NCBI GenBank assembly: GCA_964016885.1
Contig: OZ024741.1
Location: 198,338,001-198,402,000, forward strand
Length of the DNA stretch: 64,000 nt
Source: Eledone cirrhosa
Taxonomy: Eukaryota
Direction of reading: 5' to 3'
Below the pieces are notes generated by a model. That model was not told the DNA's origin and did not search any database. It saw only the letters and a list, made by a program, of their open reading frames with translations. Of this stretch, positions 41,979-56,026 are shown one piece after another. The position numbers were made by a program, and so were the translations under genes. Positions within the stretch are counted from its first letter, which is position 1. The number at the start of each line of letters is the position of its first letter.

Positions 41979-44930
41979 CTTTAAGTCTAAGTCATTGATG
42001 TTATTTAACTGGAAAGTTTGTTCAAATGTACATCAAGCCGCTACCTGCAGCTTCAGATATTCAGGACGTATTGGAGGGTTTTTGCTGTTCCCAGCAAGCA
42101 TGCCTTTTGAAGTGTTCCAAAAAACGTGGCTGGACTAATCTTCTTTAACTATCCTTGAAAACTCTTTGAGATAGTACCTAGTGCTCCTATGACAATCGGA
42201 ATGACCTTGATCTCATGACAGTCCCAAATCCTTTTTAACTCCCACCTTAAATCCTGATATCGGTTAATTTTCTCCCTCTCCTTTTCTTGCACTCTCGTGT
42301 CAAATGGGCAATCTACATCTACAATTAGGCACAATCTTTTTTTCCTTATCAAAAACCACCAGGTCAGGCCTATTGTGTTCTAATTTCTTGTCCGCCTGTA
42401 TCCTAAAATCCCATAGCACCTTCACCTGATCGTTTTCTATCACCGACTCTGGCTTATGCTCATACCACTTCTCAGAATGTGATAAATTGTTTACTTTGCA
42501 TAGATGCCAGTGGATCACCCTGCCTATCACATCATGTCTCCAACCTTTATAGTGAGTCTGGGCTAGGTGTTTACACTTGGATACAATGTGAGCCACAGTC
42601 TCCTCTCTCTCTCTCCACAGATCCTGCACAGTGAGCTAGCCTCCTCCTTGTCAATATGGTGTTTCACCCACTTCGTTCTGAGGTCTTGCTCTTGTGCAGC
42701 CATTAGCATTCCTTCTGTAGCTTTTTTAAGGTCTCTTCTTTTTAACCAGTTCCATGTCTGTGGATCTCTGAATTCAGTTTTCTTAAAGAAGATACTATGA
42801 AGGGATTTTTCATGAAGATTGCTCTTCCTCGTTGTTATTTCCTCCTTGGACATCCCCTGGTCTATTGTCTTCTCCTTCAGTATAATTTTGAGCATTGGCT
42901 CCCTACTGTCAGTCATATATTTGTGCAGGTTGTTTTTCTCCATCTGACCACAGTCCTCTATGCTGATAAGACCTCTTCCACCTTCAGATCTCTTTAAGTA
43001 GAGTCTATCGACACCACTCCTCTTGTGGAACATGTTGTAGATACTCAATAGCTTCCTAGTCTTTCTATCCATTTCTTTTTGTTCAGCAACATTCCATTTC
43101 AGAATTCCCGCACTGTACCTAATAATAGACACAGCTCGGGAATTCACTGCACTTATGACATTCCTACTATTTAGATATGATTTTAATACGCTCCTTACTC
43201 TCCTTATGTACCAGATCAATAAGTAACTGGTCTTTTGTACCACGGGACTTCTTTCGGCATCCTTTATGTTTGTCCGGTAACAAGTTGTTTATGTGGAGGT
43301 GATGGTAGATTTCCTCAGACACAATGCTTGTTAACAGTTTCCACATTACGGACAGACATGTGATAGGCCTATAGTTGGTAACATCATTACCCTTGATTCA
43401 GTCTTTCATTACCAGAACTGTGGTACCTTTTGTCAACCACTCTGGTACTTCACCCGACATCAAGCAGTCATTGAACATGGTTGTCAGTTTCGGGTGGAGG
43501 GATGTTATATTTTTAATCCAATACTCTTGCACACCATCTGGGCCTGGTGATTTCCAGTTGGTTAGCTTTTTGGCCTGCCCTTTAAGAATTTAAACTGTGA
43601 TACTCAAATCAGGTTGTTGGTGTGCTTGTTCACTAATCTCCTTTTGAACTGTCTCAATCCACACTGCCTGACTATTATGTTCAACATCCTGCTCCCATAT
43701 TCCTCTCCTGAATGTCTTAGTCTGTTCCACCTCAGGGATCACGTCATTGCCTCTTTCTTTCCCTCCAAGCTGTCCAAACAACATCTTCTGGTTGTTGTCA
43801 AACATGCAGTTCTGTCTATACTGACTGACTCTGTTCTCATACCGCCTAATCTTTGCACTTTTTGCTACATTGCGTTGCTTCAGTTCCTCTATGATAATAT
43901 TTAGCTTTTTCCTCCTAGTTTTGTACTTTATTTCCAGTCTATCTTTAGTGTCTATGTTTTGTAATGTCCCATTCAGTAAGGACTCAAGCTTTCCAATGTC
44001 TTTTCTCATTCCCTTGATTTGACCTTTCAGTTGTTTCTTCCACCAAGGTTCTGATCTTTCTTGTTTGTTGTTTCCTCTCGTTTTTATGCCAAGTAATTTC
44101 CTCACCGCATTTGCAGTTGCTTTGAGGATATTGTTGCACTGGTGAAGGCTCCTCGCCTCAAGGTATGGGATGACTTTGTTTACCTTTTAACTTTTTCCTG
44201 TCTACAAATCATAGGTTTTCCACTATCATTGTTCATTTCATCTACCACTAATTTCAAGATATCAACCAAATCTTGTCCTAGCCCGTCAGCATTCATTTCC
44301 TCAATGGCCGTATCTTTGTTCCAGATGTTATTTATTTCAGCATTCAGATCATTGTCTGTTTCGTATGCTTCCTCCGTTCTCTCAACCTCTTCACCTTCAT
44401 TTCCCACTGGCTCGTTTGCCTGGCATACTCCACTCTCCATTTCCAACTTAATCTCTCTGCTCAGTTCCTCCAGTTCCAACTCGCTTATCCATCCATTAGT
44501 TCTTATTACCCGAGCCTGCCCGGCCAATTTTTGTTCACCTAATTTAAATAGACCAATCTCGTCCCAGATGTTATGCATCCGTTTCCTATAGCCTTTTTCC
44601 ATGGGGTTACTCTTCAGGTAACATTTCATGACAGTTCTATTCAATTCTTTTGTCCAGCTGGTTCTTGTCCCTTTCCTTCTTCTTCTTCCTCCAACACCAG
44701 CAGTATTTGGATGACAGCCAGGTCCCTGCTGCTGGGCTAAGGAGCACTTGCTGGGTGAGAGTCTGTCGCATGACGTTCCAGTCTCCTTTTCACCATTATT
44801 CGAACTGTTTAGGTTTGACATTTAAACACTCATATCGAGGATTGGTGAATGTATGGTTACATAACCACCGGTGATTTTAGCATGGCACCATCACGCTGTA
44901 GACGAACATAATTAAATAAACAAATAAATT
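41979..44930 (-). mobile_element. R4/Dong-like LINE copy B with RT core deleted
   Basis: Collinear with 9645-13060; about 616 bp missing at 43211; (ATT)n on both flanks. Confidence 0.9.
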
Positions 44931-45066
44931 ATTATTATTATTATTATTATTATGTGTGTGTGTGTGGAGAGAGATAGAGAGAGAAAGTTAATGCAGGAAT
45001 GTGAAATGATGTGCTCGTATGTATTAGAGATGGCAAACATTTTTTTTTTCAGACTGCATAAATAAT

Positions 45067-45244
45067 TGTTTCTACTTTAGGCACAAGGCCAGCAATTACC
45101 CAGTGCATTACTGGTACTTTATTTTATCGACCCCGTAAGGATGAAAGGCAAAGTCAACCTCGGCGGGATTTGAACTCAGTTCGTAAAGGGACGTAACACG
45201 CTGGAAAGCATGGCGTCCGACCCTCTACCGATACTGCCAATCCA
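45067..45244 (-). mobile_element. SINE family A
   Basis: TSD ATAAATAAT at 45058-45066 and 45245-45253. Confidence 0.9.
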
Positions 45245-45710
45245 ATAAATAATGATCAATTATTCCACACATAAGAAGCTCCTTTTATAAGACTTTCTAG
45301 AGTAAGATTTACCAGAAACATCCCAATAAAGGTTTTAGCAGTAATTTGTTATGTGTATATCTCACCTTCCCTGGTATTTCCCTTCTATTGTTTTTAGATC
45401 CTGATAAAATCTTCTTCCTTGCTCTTCACTTAAATCACCAAATTCTAGAAAGCTAAGTGACTGTTGAATAGTTATGTGGATGCTAAACATTACATATTGC
45501 TATTTAATATTACATTTATTAAGCAATATTGTAACATAAAAGCTGTTGGTATTTTTTTATTATTTTGTAGGAGCTATTTGTTGATATTCTTTTAATTATT
45601 TACTATGCTGGTGAACATTGGAAAGAGTTTCCATGTAAAAGTGGGTGGTGAGGCTAAAAATGTTGAGAACTTCTGTAAGCATTTGTGCTGAAATAAACAG
45701 ATTTAATAAT

Positions 45711-45872
45711 TGTTCCTACTTTTGGCACAAGGCCAGCAAATACCCAGTGCATTACTGGTACTTTATTTTATCGAACCTTAAGGATGAAAGGCAAAGTTAA
45801 CTTTGGCGGGATTTGAACTCAGAATGCGTCAAAGCATGGCGTCTGACCCTCTACCGATACTGCCAATCCACC
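45711..45872 (-). mobile_element. SINE family A with a small head deletion
   Basis: 16-bp TSD AAACAGATTTAATAAT at 45695-45710 and 45873-45888. Confidence 0.9.
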
Positions 45873-46322
45873 AAACAGATTTAATAATATGGGTTTCTTT
45901 TCATAGCATTATATATTAATAGCATTATTATTGTTATATTTGTATGAAAATATAAGATCATTAATTAATTAAAATTGATAAGGCAAATCCAATAGTATAT
46001 TTGACATCAGTACCCCAAATATTCCCAAGAATAGGTCTAACTTGTAAAGAAATACTGTGTTAACACGTGTAAGTGATGGCAGAATTATCTCCCTTAGACT
46101 TCAGTCATGATATATACATGTTACTTGCTGGAAATATAAAACCATCTTTCCTTCCAACTGTAGGTTGACGCTCTATAGTCTCAGCTAGTTGTCATTGAAT
46201 TTTCAAAATAATAAAGGTGCAAATATCCTAACTTTTGAGTCAACGTTTTTCTGATTACAGCTCATGAAGTTTGAGTTTGTATGCTGTAACAAGAAGGAAG
46301 GAAAGTAAAGGGTGCTTCTTAA

Positions 46323-46543
46323 CCCTTTAGCATTTACATTACTCTATATTTACTATTATATTTTCACAGTACAGGCTTTACCTTACATAATTATCTCACA
46401 TAATATCGAATCTATGAGATTTTGATATTACTTATTTTGAGAACAATACCTTAACAGCAGTATGAGTGACCAATTACAGCCAGTTTGAACAGAAAGAGGT
46501 GAGAGTATTCTAGCCGGATATGGCCGGTTTAAATGCTAAAGGG
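46323..46543. mobile_element. piggyBac-type MITE
   Basis: TTAA|CCCTTTAGCATTT...AAATGCTAAAGGG|TTAA. Confidence 0.88.
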
Positions 46544-46745
46544 TTAACTCATGATGTCTTGGGCCCATCCCTCACCAGATCAGGACACAGACGATTTCTT
46601 TTAGAGAGAGTATGTGTGAGACTCCAGTAGTGGTACTATACTTAAGACCCACTGTGTCTAGCTTGCTAACAATTGTGCTTCTTTATATTTTTTTATTTTT
46701 GGAAGATTGTGTTCAATATTAAATTTGTTTAATATATAAAGATAA

Positions 46746-46930
46746 TAATTGCTTCTACTTTTGGCACAAGGCTAGCAATTACCCAGAGTATTACTGGTAC
46801 TTTATTTTATCGACCCCGTAAGGATGAAAGGCAAAATTAACCTCGGCGGGATTTGAACTCAGAATGGCAAGGGCCGTAACTCTATGCATCAAAGCATGGC
46901 GTCCGACCCTCTACCGATACTGTCAATCCA
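46746..46930 (-). mobile_element. SINE family A
   Basis: TSD TAAAGATAA at 46737-46745 and 46931-46939. Confidence 0.88.
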
Positions 46931-47444
46931 TAAAGATAACGTTTTCTGTATGTGTGTGTGTGATCTGTATATACTACTCACTGTTCAAGGGTCAGTCCGC
47001 TTGTGTCAATGAAAAATGCTAGTAATATAAAAATGTCGAACTAGGAATAGATGTTTTTGAATAATTCTTAGGTACAGAAGTATCACTGCTGTTGTGTAGA
47101 TTTGGTTGACTCTGATTCAACAAACATATGATAAAGAAAGTTCCAAACCTACCTCTCCCTTCTTTTTTTCTTCAGGCATCGTATATCCAAGACTACATTA
47201 CCTAGTAAATCCTTACTTTATTTCTAAGATAGTAAAGTTGAATTTAAAGATGTCTGCTATAAATAAATTTAGTTTGGTAATCCTTTCTTTTAAGACACAG
47301 AGAACAGTGGTTATGTTCTGTAAGTGGGAATGACATTTTTTTTTTTTTATTTCATCAATATGATCATTATCTATACCTATGAAAAAATATTAATTGTTGA
47401 GGAAGTTGTGGGGGAAGAATGTCTTTACTTCTTACACATATATA

Positions 47445-48567
47445 TCATCATCATCATCGATTAACGTCTATCTTCCATGCTTGCATAGGTTAGACGGGTC
47501 CCATTTAGAGGCAAGTTGGGTCAGGTGATAGTGTCTCGCTCATATAGGGGTGTTTCTGGCTGGTTTTCTATGGCTGGATGTCCTTCCTAACGACAACCAC
47601 ATTGACAGTGTGTACTGGGTGCTTTTGCCATGTCTTTTACACATCCACTTTACAGTGTGGGCTGGGGTGTGGGGCATACTGTACATATGCTTCAGCTTGT
47701 GCTCGTGGGAAGTCTGGTCTTCTGTATTACTGTGTATCGCCAGAGATCCCAGTCATGTGTCATCACCTTTGAGAGGTGCAATTGGCCAAGGTCGGCTGTT
47801 ACTGCCTCATCCCAGGTCTTCCTGGGTCTCCCCACTCCAAGGCTTCCAACGACTTTGAGCGCTCTGCACTTTTTTATGCAGTTTTCATCCTTCATACGCA
47901 ACACATGTCCATACCAACGCAATCTCCTCTCCTGCACACAGCATTTGATTCCTCATATGCCTAGTTTCTCTCTCAGTTCATTTATGCTTTGCCATTCTCG
48001 TATATTACTATTACACATCCATCAGAACATGCAGGCTTCATTTCTTTCCAATCTACGCAAGTCTTATGCACACAGCGCCCAAGTCTCACTACCATGCAAC
48101 ATAGCTGTATGTATGCACGTATCTGAGGGAAAAGCTTTTTGTAGCCAGCAGTGGTAGTAGCTCCCTGAACTTCCTCCATCCCGTTCTTACTCTGGCTACT
48201 GTACTTTCAGAACACCCACCACTGTTAATTCGGTCACCTAAGTAGCAGAAGCTATCTACTGTTTCTACAGAGCTCTCCGAGAATTTAGTAGCACTTGCCA
48301 GTGCCACTGCTACATGTAAAGCCTACATTCTTAGCTAAACTTCCTGAGATCCTACTACATCTCTTGTGTACCCACATTTTGCATATGGGGCAGAGGATAG
48401 AATTTCTACCAACGCCTTTCCTACATACTGAACAAGGCCATTTCCCTGAGGGGATCTGAGTTCTGTTTTCTTTTCTACTTACTAGGAACTTAATCTTTGT
48501 CAGGTTGACTTTAAGACCCTTTCTAGGCCCTGCTTCCATGTTTGGAATTTCTTCTCTAGTTCAACCT
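47445..48567 (-). mobile_element. RTE 3' portion, antisense
   Basis: WPCSVCRKGVGRNSILC, VDSFCYLGD, QERRLRWYGH; (ATC)n tail. Confidence 0.88.
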
Positions 48568-48838
48568 ATATATATATATACATATAACTTAACAAGATAT
48601 CATTTAAGATAATCCAAGTAGAGATTATAATACTAGTGCACTGTATCATGTACACAGATCAGTATTCTGATGATTTGGTCGGGTATCAACTGTAATTAAA
48701 ATCGAGTGACATAGCATCTTACGAACAGTGATTTTTAGACACACCGGACTAATAAAACATTGTTAATACTTTGAATAAACCCTATTGTACAGCTGACCAC
48801 GTTATTCTTCACTCATTTACTATATTATACATATATAT

Positions 48839-49015
48839 ATATTAATTTTATTAAGGCTAAATAGTGAGTCTTGTTACTGGAGTTTCGCCTATTTATCACC
48901 CTGTGATAAAAAGTTGAAACTCCAGTAACAAGTCTCACTATTTAGCTTAATAAAATGAATATTAAAACTCTACTTTAGTATTGAGTACTCTTTTCTCTCA
49001 GCCGCATGCATGCGG
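48839..49015 (+). mobile_element. Fold-back element C
   Basis: Palindrome 48839-48962; ACTC at 48967, GAGTACTC at 48983; terminal hairpin CCGCATGCATGCGG. Confidence 0.8.
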
Positions 49016-49679
49016 ATATATATATATATAAATATATATCATCATCATCATTTACCGGCCATTTTCCATGGTTGCATGCGTTTAGACAGGTTGTCGTGTT
49101 ATGAAACAAGTCAGGTTCGGAGACCATGTCCTCCTCATACGGATCTATATTTTAGCTTGAATACTACAGTGGGATGGCCTTCCTAACACCAACCACATTA
49201 CAGTGCATTTTATCATGGCACCAACGCGACCATCTAACAGGGGTGACAGGGTAGTTTTTGTTGTGTCACCAGCATAACCACATTACAGAGTGGACTAGGA
49301 AATTTAGTTGTTGCAGCACCAGATCAACATATATGTATATATATTTCATCATCATTATCATCACTATTTAACGTCCACTTTGCATATTTGATTGGTTTTG
49401 ATGTGTCACCCATGTCTGGCCAATTGTCTGTGCTGTATCTTGCTCAGACGGAACTGTAAATTTGGCTGCGATTTTTACAGCTGGATGCTCTTTCTAACGC
49501 CAACCATGTGTAAAGTGTAGAACTGGATGGCACCATTATGAGGAGGGACAGACCAGTTGACCACACCATTCCCTTCTCACAATAGAACCATAGTTTGGGA
49601 GCTAGGTGGTTCTACTGTGAGGGAGATCTGGCAGTTGGCTGCGCCAGGCCTTACTCATAACGGAGTCGTATTACTAGGT

Positions 49680-51190
49680 GGTCCTGATATGAAAGACTAC
49701 TAAATGAGGAGAATAAATGGGATGAAGATAGTATGCCCCAAGTTGACCCAACAGAGAGCCAGCTGTGAAAGTTAGTAGTAGTATAGTAAGTAAGACAATC
49801 AAAGATATGAAGACAGGCAAGGCAGCTGGACCTTCTGGGATAGTTGCTGAGATGCTGAAAGTGTCTGGGATGGTGGGACACACTGTAGTTACCCATATTG
49901 TAAACCAAGAAAAACTAAAAGGTGTCATACTGAATGATTGGCGCAGCAGTATCATTGTCAACTGCTACAAGAGTAAAGGGGATGCACTAGATAGAGGAAA
50001 CTATAGAGGCATCAAGTTGATGGACCAGGTGATGAAAGTAACAGAAAGAGTTATAGCATAGCTGATTAGATGAGATGTTGTTGATTTGTACCAGATAAAA
50101 GCACCACAGATGCTCTCTTCCTTGTGAAGAAGCTACAGAAGTTCCTAGCTAAAAGTAAGCCATCCTACCTGGCGTTTGTTGATCTGGAAAAAGCATTTGA
50201 CAGAGTCTCCTGTGCCATACTCTGGTGGGCTGTTAGAAAACTAGTAGATGAGTGGCTTGTGAAGGCTGTACAAGCCATGTATAGGGGAGCAGTCAGCAAA
50301 GTTAGGATTAACAGTGACTATAGCAAGGAATTTAGCAAGCAGGTTGGTGTCCACCAGGACTCAGTTCTTGGCCCTTTCCTGTTTATTATTGTACTGCAGG
50401 CTATAGCAGAGGAGTTTAAGACTGGTTGCCCATGGGAATTCCTGCATGTGGATCTTACACTCATAGCTGAGTCTATGGTAGAATTAGAGAAGAAATTCCA
50501 AATCTGGAAACAAAGGATTTTAAAGTCAACCTGACAAGCACTAAGGTCCTAGTAAGTAAAAGGGACAACAGAACCCTGATCCCCTCATGGAAAAAGCCTT
50601 GCTCAGTGTGTAGGAAAAGTGTAGGTAGAAATTCCATCATCTGTCCCAAATGCAAACTATGGATACACAAGAGATGTGGGATCTCAGGAAGTTTAGCTAA
50701 GAATGTAGGCTTTACATGTAGCAGTAAACAGCAAACAACCACAGGAAACAAGTGCTATCAAATTCTGGGAGGCCTCGGTAGAAGCAGTAGACAGCTTCTG
50801 ATACCTACGTACCAAATTAGCAGCAGGGATGGGTGTTCTGAATGTACAATAGCCAGGGTAAGAATGGGAAGGAAGAAGTTCAGGGAGCTATTACCACTGT
50901 TAGCTATAAAAGGCTTTTCCCTCAAAATGAATGGAGTAGGGGGACCCAGGAAGATTTGGGATGCGTTGATAAAGGCTGACCTTGCACAATTGCACCTCTC
51001 AAAGTCGTTGACACAAGACCAAGATCCCTGGTGTTATGCAGTAATACAGAAGACCTGCCTTCCCATGAGCACATGGCTGAAGAACATATACAGTATGCAC
51101 CACCTTCACTTACACCCCAGCCCCTTCCATACCCCACCCTATGAGCACAGGCTGAAGGATACATCTTGTGTGCACCACCTCCACCTCCCT
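49680..51190 (+). mobile_element. Older RTE copy, decayed and internally deleted
   Basis: Collinear with 51670-53460, with many stops and indels. Confidence 0.85.
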
Positions 51191-51206
51191 TCCATTTACC
51201 TCCCAC

Positions 51207-53720
51207 ATCCTAATATTTTACTCAACGCCTACGACAGTAAAGAAGAACAGATAGAGACATTCAATGTAGAAGAGCACTGGGAGTTCCTAAAAAATAACTT
51301 ACTAGAGGCGACGGATGAGATCTGTGGCTGGAGTAAGACCACAAGCAGGAGGAGAGTGACTTGGTGGTGGAACAATAAGGTAGATGAGGCAGTTAAGGTC
51401 AAGAGACAGGCATGGAAAGAATGGAAGAACGGGGGGAAGGAGGGTACATTACATAGAGACCAGGAGGGAAGCTAGGCGACAAGTATACTTAGCTAGGAGG
51501 GAAGCAGAGGATAGAAAATTCAAGCATGATTTGCAACGTGAGGACCAGAAACAGGAGGTGTTCAAGATTGCGAGGCAGTGTGTCGGAGAGAATTGTGATG
51601 TCATTGGAGAGAAGTGTATCTGGAATGATAAAGGTGAGCTTGCCCTCACAAGTGCTGAGAAGAAAGATGCATGGAAGAGCCATTATGATAGATTACTAAA
51701 TGAGGAGAATGCATGGGAAGAAGAGACCCTACCCCAAGTAGACTCTATAGAGGGGCCAGCAGTACAAGTCATTAGCAGCGTAGTAAGTAAGACAATCATA
51801 GATATGAAGAGGGGGAAGGCAACCGGTCCATCGGGTATAGCTGCCGAGATGCTGAAGGCATCTGGGACTGTAGGTCACACTATAACCACACGTATTGTTA
51901 ACCAGGTAATACTAGGTGTCATACCAAAAGATTGGTGCAGTAGCATCATTGTCAACTGCTACAAAGGTAAAGGTGATGCGCTAGATAGGGGAAACTATAG
52001 AGGTATAAAGCTGATGGACCAGGTCATGAAAGTAACAGAAAGAGTTATAGCACAGTTGATTAGGGACCGGGTGAAACTAGATGAGATGCAATTTGGGTTT
52101 GTACCAGGATGAGGCACCACTGATGCCCTCTTCCTTGTGAGGCAGTTACAGGAAAAGTACCTAGCTAAAAGTAAGCCACTCTACTTGGCATTCAGCGATC
52201 TCGAGAAAGCCTTTGACAGAGTTCCACATGCTGTAATCTGGTGGGCTCTTAGAAAACTAGGAGTAGATGAATGGCTTGTGAAAGCTGTACAAGCCATGTA
52301 TAGAGGAGCAGTCAGCAGAGTTAGAATTAGCAATGAGTATAGCGAGGAATTTAGCGTACAGGTTGGTGTCCACCAGGGCTCTGTTCTTAGCCCTCTCCTG
52401 TTCATCATAGTCCTGCAGGCAATAACGGAGGAGTTTAAGACCGGATGCCCATGGGAACTCCTGTATGCTGATGATCTCGCACTTATAGCTGAATCTATGA
52501 TAGAACTATAGAAGAAATTCCAAACTTGGAAGCAGGGACAAGAAAGAAAGGGTCTCAAAGTCAACATGACAAAGACTAAGGTCCTTGTAAGTAGACGAGA
52601 AAACAGAACCCAGATCCCCTTAGGGAAATGGCCTTGCTCAGTATGTAGGAAAGGTGTAGGTAGGAACTCCATTCTCTGCCCCAAATGCAAACAATGGGTA
52701 CACAAGAGATGTAGCAGGATCTCAGGAAGCTTAATTAAGAATGTAGGCTTCACATGCTGCAGCTGTGCTGGGACAGCAAGCAGCAAACAGCCACAGGAAA
52801 CAAGTACCACCAATCTCTGGGAGGGCTCTGTAAAAACAGTAGACAGCTTCTTCTACCTAGGTGACCGAATTAGCAGCGGAGGTGGGTGTTCAGAAAGTAC
52901 AATAACTAGGGTAAGAACGGGATGGAAGAAGTTCAGGGAGCTACTGCCACTGCTAGCTGCAAAAGGCTTCTCCCTCAAAATGAAAGGCAGACTGTATGAT
53001 GCGTGTATCCGAACAGCAATGTTACATGGTAGTGAGACCTGGGCGCTGAAGGTGGAAGACTTACGTAGATTAGAAAGAAACGAAGCCTGCATGCTCCGAT
53101 GGATGTGTAATAGTAATATACGCGAACGGCAAAGCATAAATGAATTGAGAGAGAGACTGAGCATAAGAGGAATCAAATGCTGTGTGCAGGAGAGGCGGTT
53201 GCGTTGGTATGGACATGTGATGCGTATGAAGGATGACAGCTGCATAAAAAGGTGCAGAGCACTAGAAGTCAATGGAAACCGCGGAGTGGGGAGACCCAAG
53301 AAGACCTGGGATGAGGTGATAAAAGCCGACCTTACCCTCTCAAAGGCAATGACACACGACCGTGACCTATGGCGTCATGCAGTAATACAGAGTACCCGAC
53401 CTCCCATAGGTACAAGCTGAAGCATATAGACAATATGCCCCCACACCCTCCCACTGCAAGGTGGTCGTGGAGGTGCCACGGCAAAAAAGCACCCACCCCA
53501 CACTGTAAAGTGGACGTGTAGGCACCACGGAAAAAAGCACCCAGCACTCACTGTAAATGAGGTTGGTGTTAGGAAGGGCATCCAGCTGTTGAAATCAAGC
53601 CAAAATCAGTTCCTGTATGAGCAAGGCATGGTCAGCCGACCAGACACTGCCCACAACAGGACAAGCCGTCTAACCCATGCTAGCATGGAGGAACGGACGT
53701 AAAACGGTGATGATGATGAT
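51207..53720 (+). mobile_element. Younger RTE LINE, 5'-truncated (RT + PHD-like finger + 3' UTR)
   Basis: NYRGIKL, DLEKAFDRV, GVHQGSVLSP, LYADD; stops at 52110 and 52509; (GAT)n tail. Confidence 0.92.
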
Positions 53721-53769
53721 CCTAACACTCCTCTCACACACGCCCAAATACCCACCTCCCCAATCCCCA

Positions 53770-54530
53770 TCCTACATTGTAAAGTTGTCATGGTGGTGAC
53801 ACAACAAAAAAGCACCCAACCTACACTGTAAAGTGGTCATGTAGGCATTACAACAAAAAACCCACACTGTAAAGTGGTCATGTGTGTGTCACGTCAAATA
53901 GCACCCAGTCCTCACTGTGAATGAGGTTGGCGTTAGGAAGGGCATCCAGCTGTAGAAACCAAGCTAAAATCAGTTATATGTGGGCAAGGTATGGTCACCT
54001 GACTCAGCATTTCTCAAAACAGGGCAACTCCTCTAACCCATGCTAGAGTGGGAAAATGGACATTAAACGGTGATGATGATGATATGTGTGTGTGTATATA
54101 TATATCATCATCATTGTTTAATGTCCATCTTCCACGCTAGCATGGGTTTGATTTGAGGCAAGATTGATCAGATGACAGTGTCTCACTCGTATAGGACTGT
54201 ATCTGGCAGGTTTTCTACGGATGGATGCCCTTCCTAACACCAACCACATTTACAGTGTGGACTGGGAGCCGTTTTACCGTGTCTCCTACACGACCACATA
54301 ACAGCGTGGACAGTGCTTTTTTGTCGTGACACCTACACAACCTCTTTAGTTTGGACTGGATGGAGTAGGGGTAGTAGGTTGGGGTGTATATTTGGTTTGG
54401 AGGGGCCTACTGACTGTAGGTTAACTTTGTACGTAGGGAAGGTGGGTCTTCTGTATTACTGCGTAGCGCCAAAGATCTCAATCCAGTGACATTGTCTTAG
54501 AGAGGTGTAGGTGTGCAAGGTCGGATTTTA
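53770..54530. mobile_element. Two further RTE 3' UTR modules, one + (53770-54085) and one - (54105-54530)
   Basis: GTTGGYGTTAGGAAGGGCATCC motif and (GAT)n tails in opposite orientations. Confidence 0.75.
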
Positions 54531-54978
54531 TATTTATAATAATTGTTTCTACTTTAGGCACAAGGCCAGCAATTACCCAGTGCAATTTTACATCTGCTTT
54601 CCATTCTGACATGAGTTGGATGTGTCTTGATCTCTGAGTTTGTTCTTATTTCAAACAACCAAACAATGATGAATGACATTTCTGGAAAGAGAAAACAGTT
54701 ATTATCCACTATTCTGTACTTTTAGTAGCTTACTGTTTAAGTAACTGGCATGAGCACTGGCCTAATGAGCCTCCAGGCTTGGGACAGGCTTTAAGCTTTT
54801 TAAGTGTATGTTTCAGAATAGGTACACCATATCCCTGCATGTCATAAGAAACGAGCAAAAGGATTGGTGTGAAGAAGGGCATCTGACTATAAAATATTGC
54901 CTAAAAAAGTCCCATCCAACCCATGCCTTCATGAAAAAGTCAACATAAAAATGATGATGATATATATTTCTTTTTTAG

Positions 54979-55067
54979 GGATATTGTTTCTTCATTCCAA
55001 AAACTCTCCAATGATCCAGATTGCCGTGTTGTAGTTCTTTCTGGAGCAGGACCAACTTTTACTGCAG
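54979..55067 (+). CDS. ECH1: ECH1-like exon 3
   Basis: TTTTTTAG acceptor; DIVSSFQKLSNDPDCRVVVLSGAGPTFTA(G); CAG|GT donor. Phases 2 and 1 fit the neighbouring exons. Confidence 0.92.
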
Positions 55068-55239
55068 GTTTGGTATTCTATATATGCATCACTATTTTAA
55101 ACCTTTTCATACCAAACTGCCTGCTTGTAGGATAAAAAACTGCTCAATTTAAAATATTTTTGTCTTTATATGAAAACCTTGCATTATAATTTTATAATAG
55201 GCTGTTGTAGTTTGCTTGAAAAATTGTGTATAATATATA

Positions 55240-55632
55240 ATGGAGAAAATGATTTATTTAAAGAGGACTAAGACAATGCAAAATGGACTGTGATATTTGG
55301 TTTAAATGAAGACAACGAACAAGTTTCTATGTTACCTGGTATTTTTTTTTCTTCCTAATATTTCAGGACTTTCAGAATGTGGGGAACTGTCAGAGCAAAA
55401 CGTTCTAATTTGGAACAAATAATATCAAAGAAATAAATAATATCAAAGAAATAAGGCTGGAATGTTTTGCTCTGAAAATTTCCTATACTCTGAAGAAGGG
55501 ATTCTTAAGTCCTGAAATATTAGGACAAAAAAAAATAATAATGATAAATACCAGGTAACTCGCCTTCATTTAAACTAAATATTACAGTCCATTTTGCATT
55601 GTCTTAGCCTTCTTTAAACAAATCATTTTCTA
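55240..55632. repeat. About 390-bp imperfect fold-back with a hammerhead-like motif in the right arm
   Basis: CTAAGACAATGCAAAATGGACTGT/ACAGTCCATTTTGCATTGTCTTAG and other paired blocks; CTGAAGA...GAAA at 55489-55517. Confidence 0.75.
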
Positions 55633-56026
55633 CTTTATTTTATATATTTTTCATATGCTCAAACATAATAGTGAAAGGCATAAACATAACATATACTCTT
55701 TTGCTTTCCATAGGAACTTTATGGACTTGATCCAAAGTAATAAATATATATCATAAATTATTTTTAACTTGCTCACTATAGAGTATTTTTGGCAACTAGT
55801 TTTGTCTCCTGTTGAATTAACTATTTAACTCTATTTACATTACTATGAGAAAAGCATGAATAGAGCAATTGTTTATTTTCCTGCTCTCTATAAATCTCAG
55901 GCACTGGCATTTTTTTTTTAATGCTTTAACCCTAAAGTTGGTATCAAAAGAATTAATATCTTTGAGAATGATATGAACCCTATTTATTCCTATGCAACCA
56001 TTAAATTCACAATTTTGGCAATTAAT

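Noticed and set aside
48666-48712. CTGATGA as a hammerhead core
   Set aside because: No downstream stem II plus GAAA.
50606-51475. 289-aa ORF as a novel protein
   Set aside because: Chance read-through across the junction of two tandem RTE copies.
55098-55957. piggyBac-like MITE enclosing the 390-bp fold-back
   Set aside because: Termini match only weakly and the TTAA sites are imperfect.
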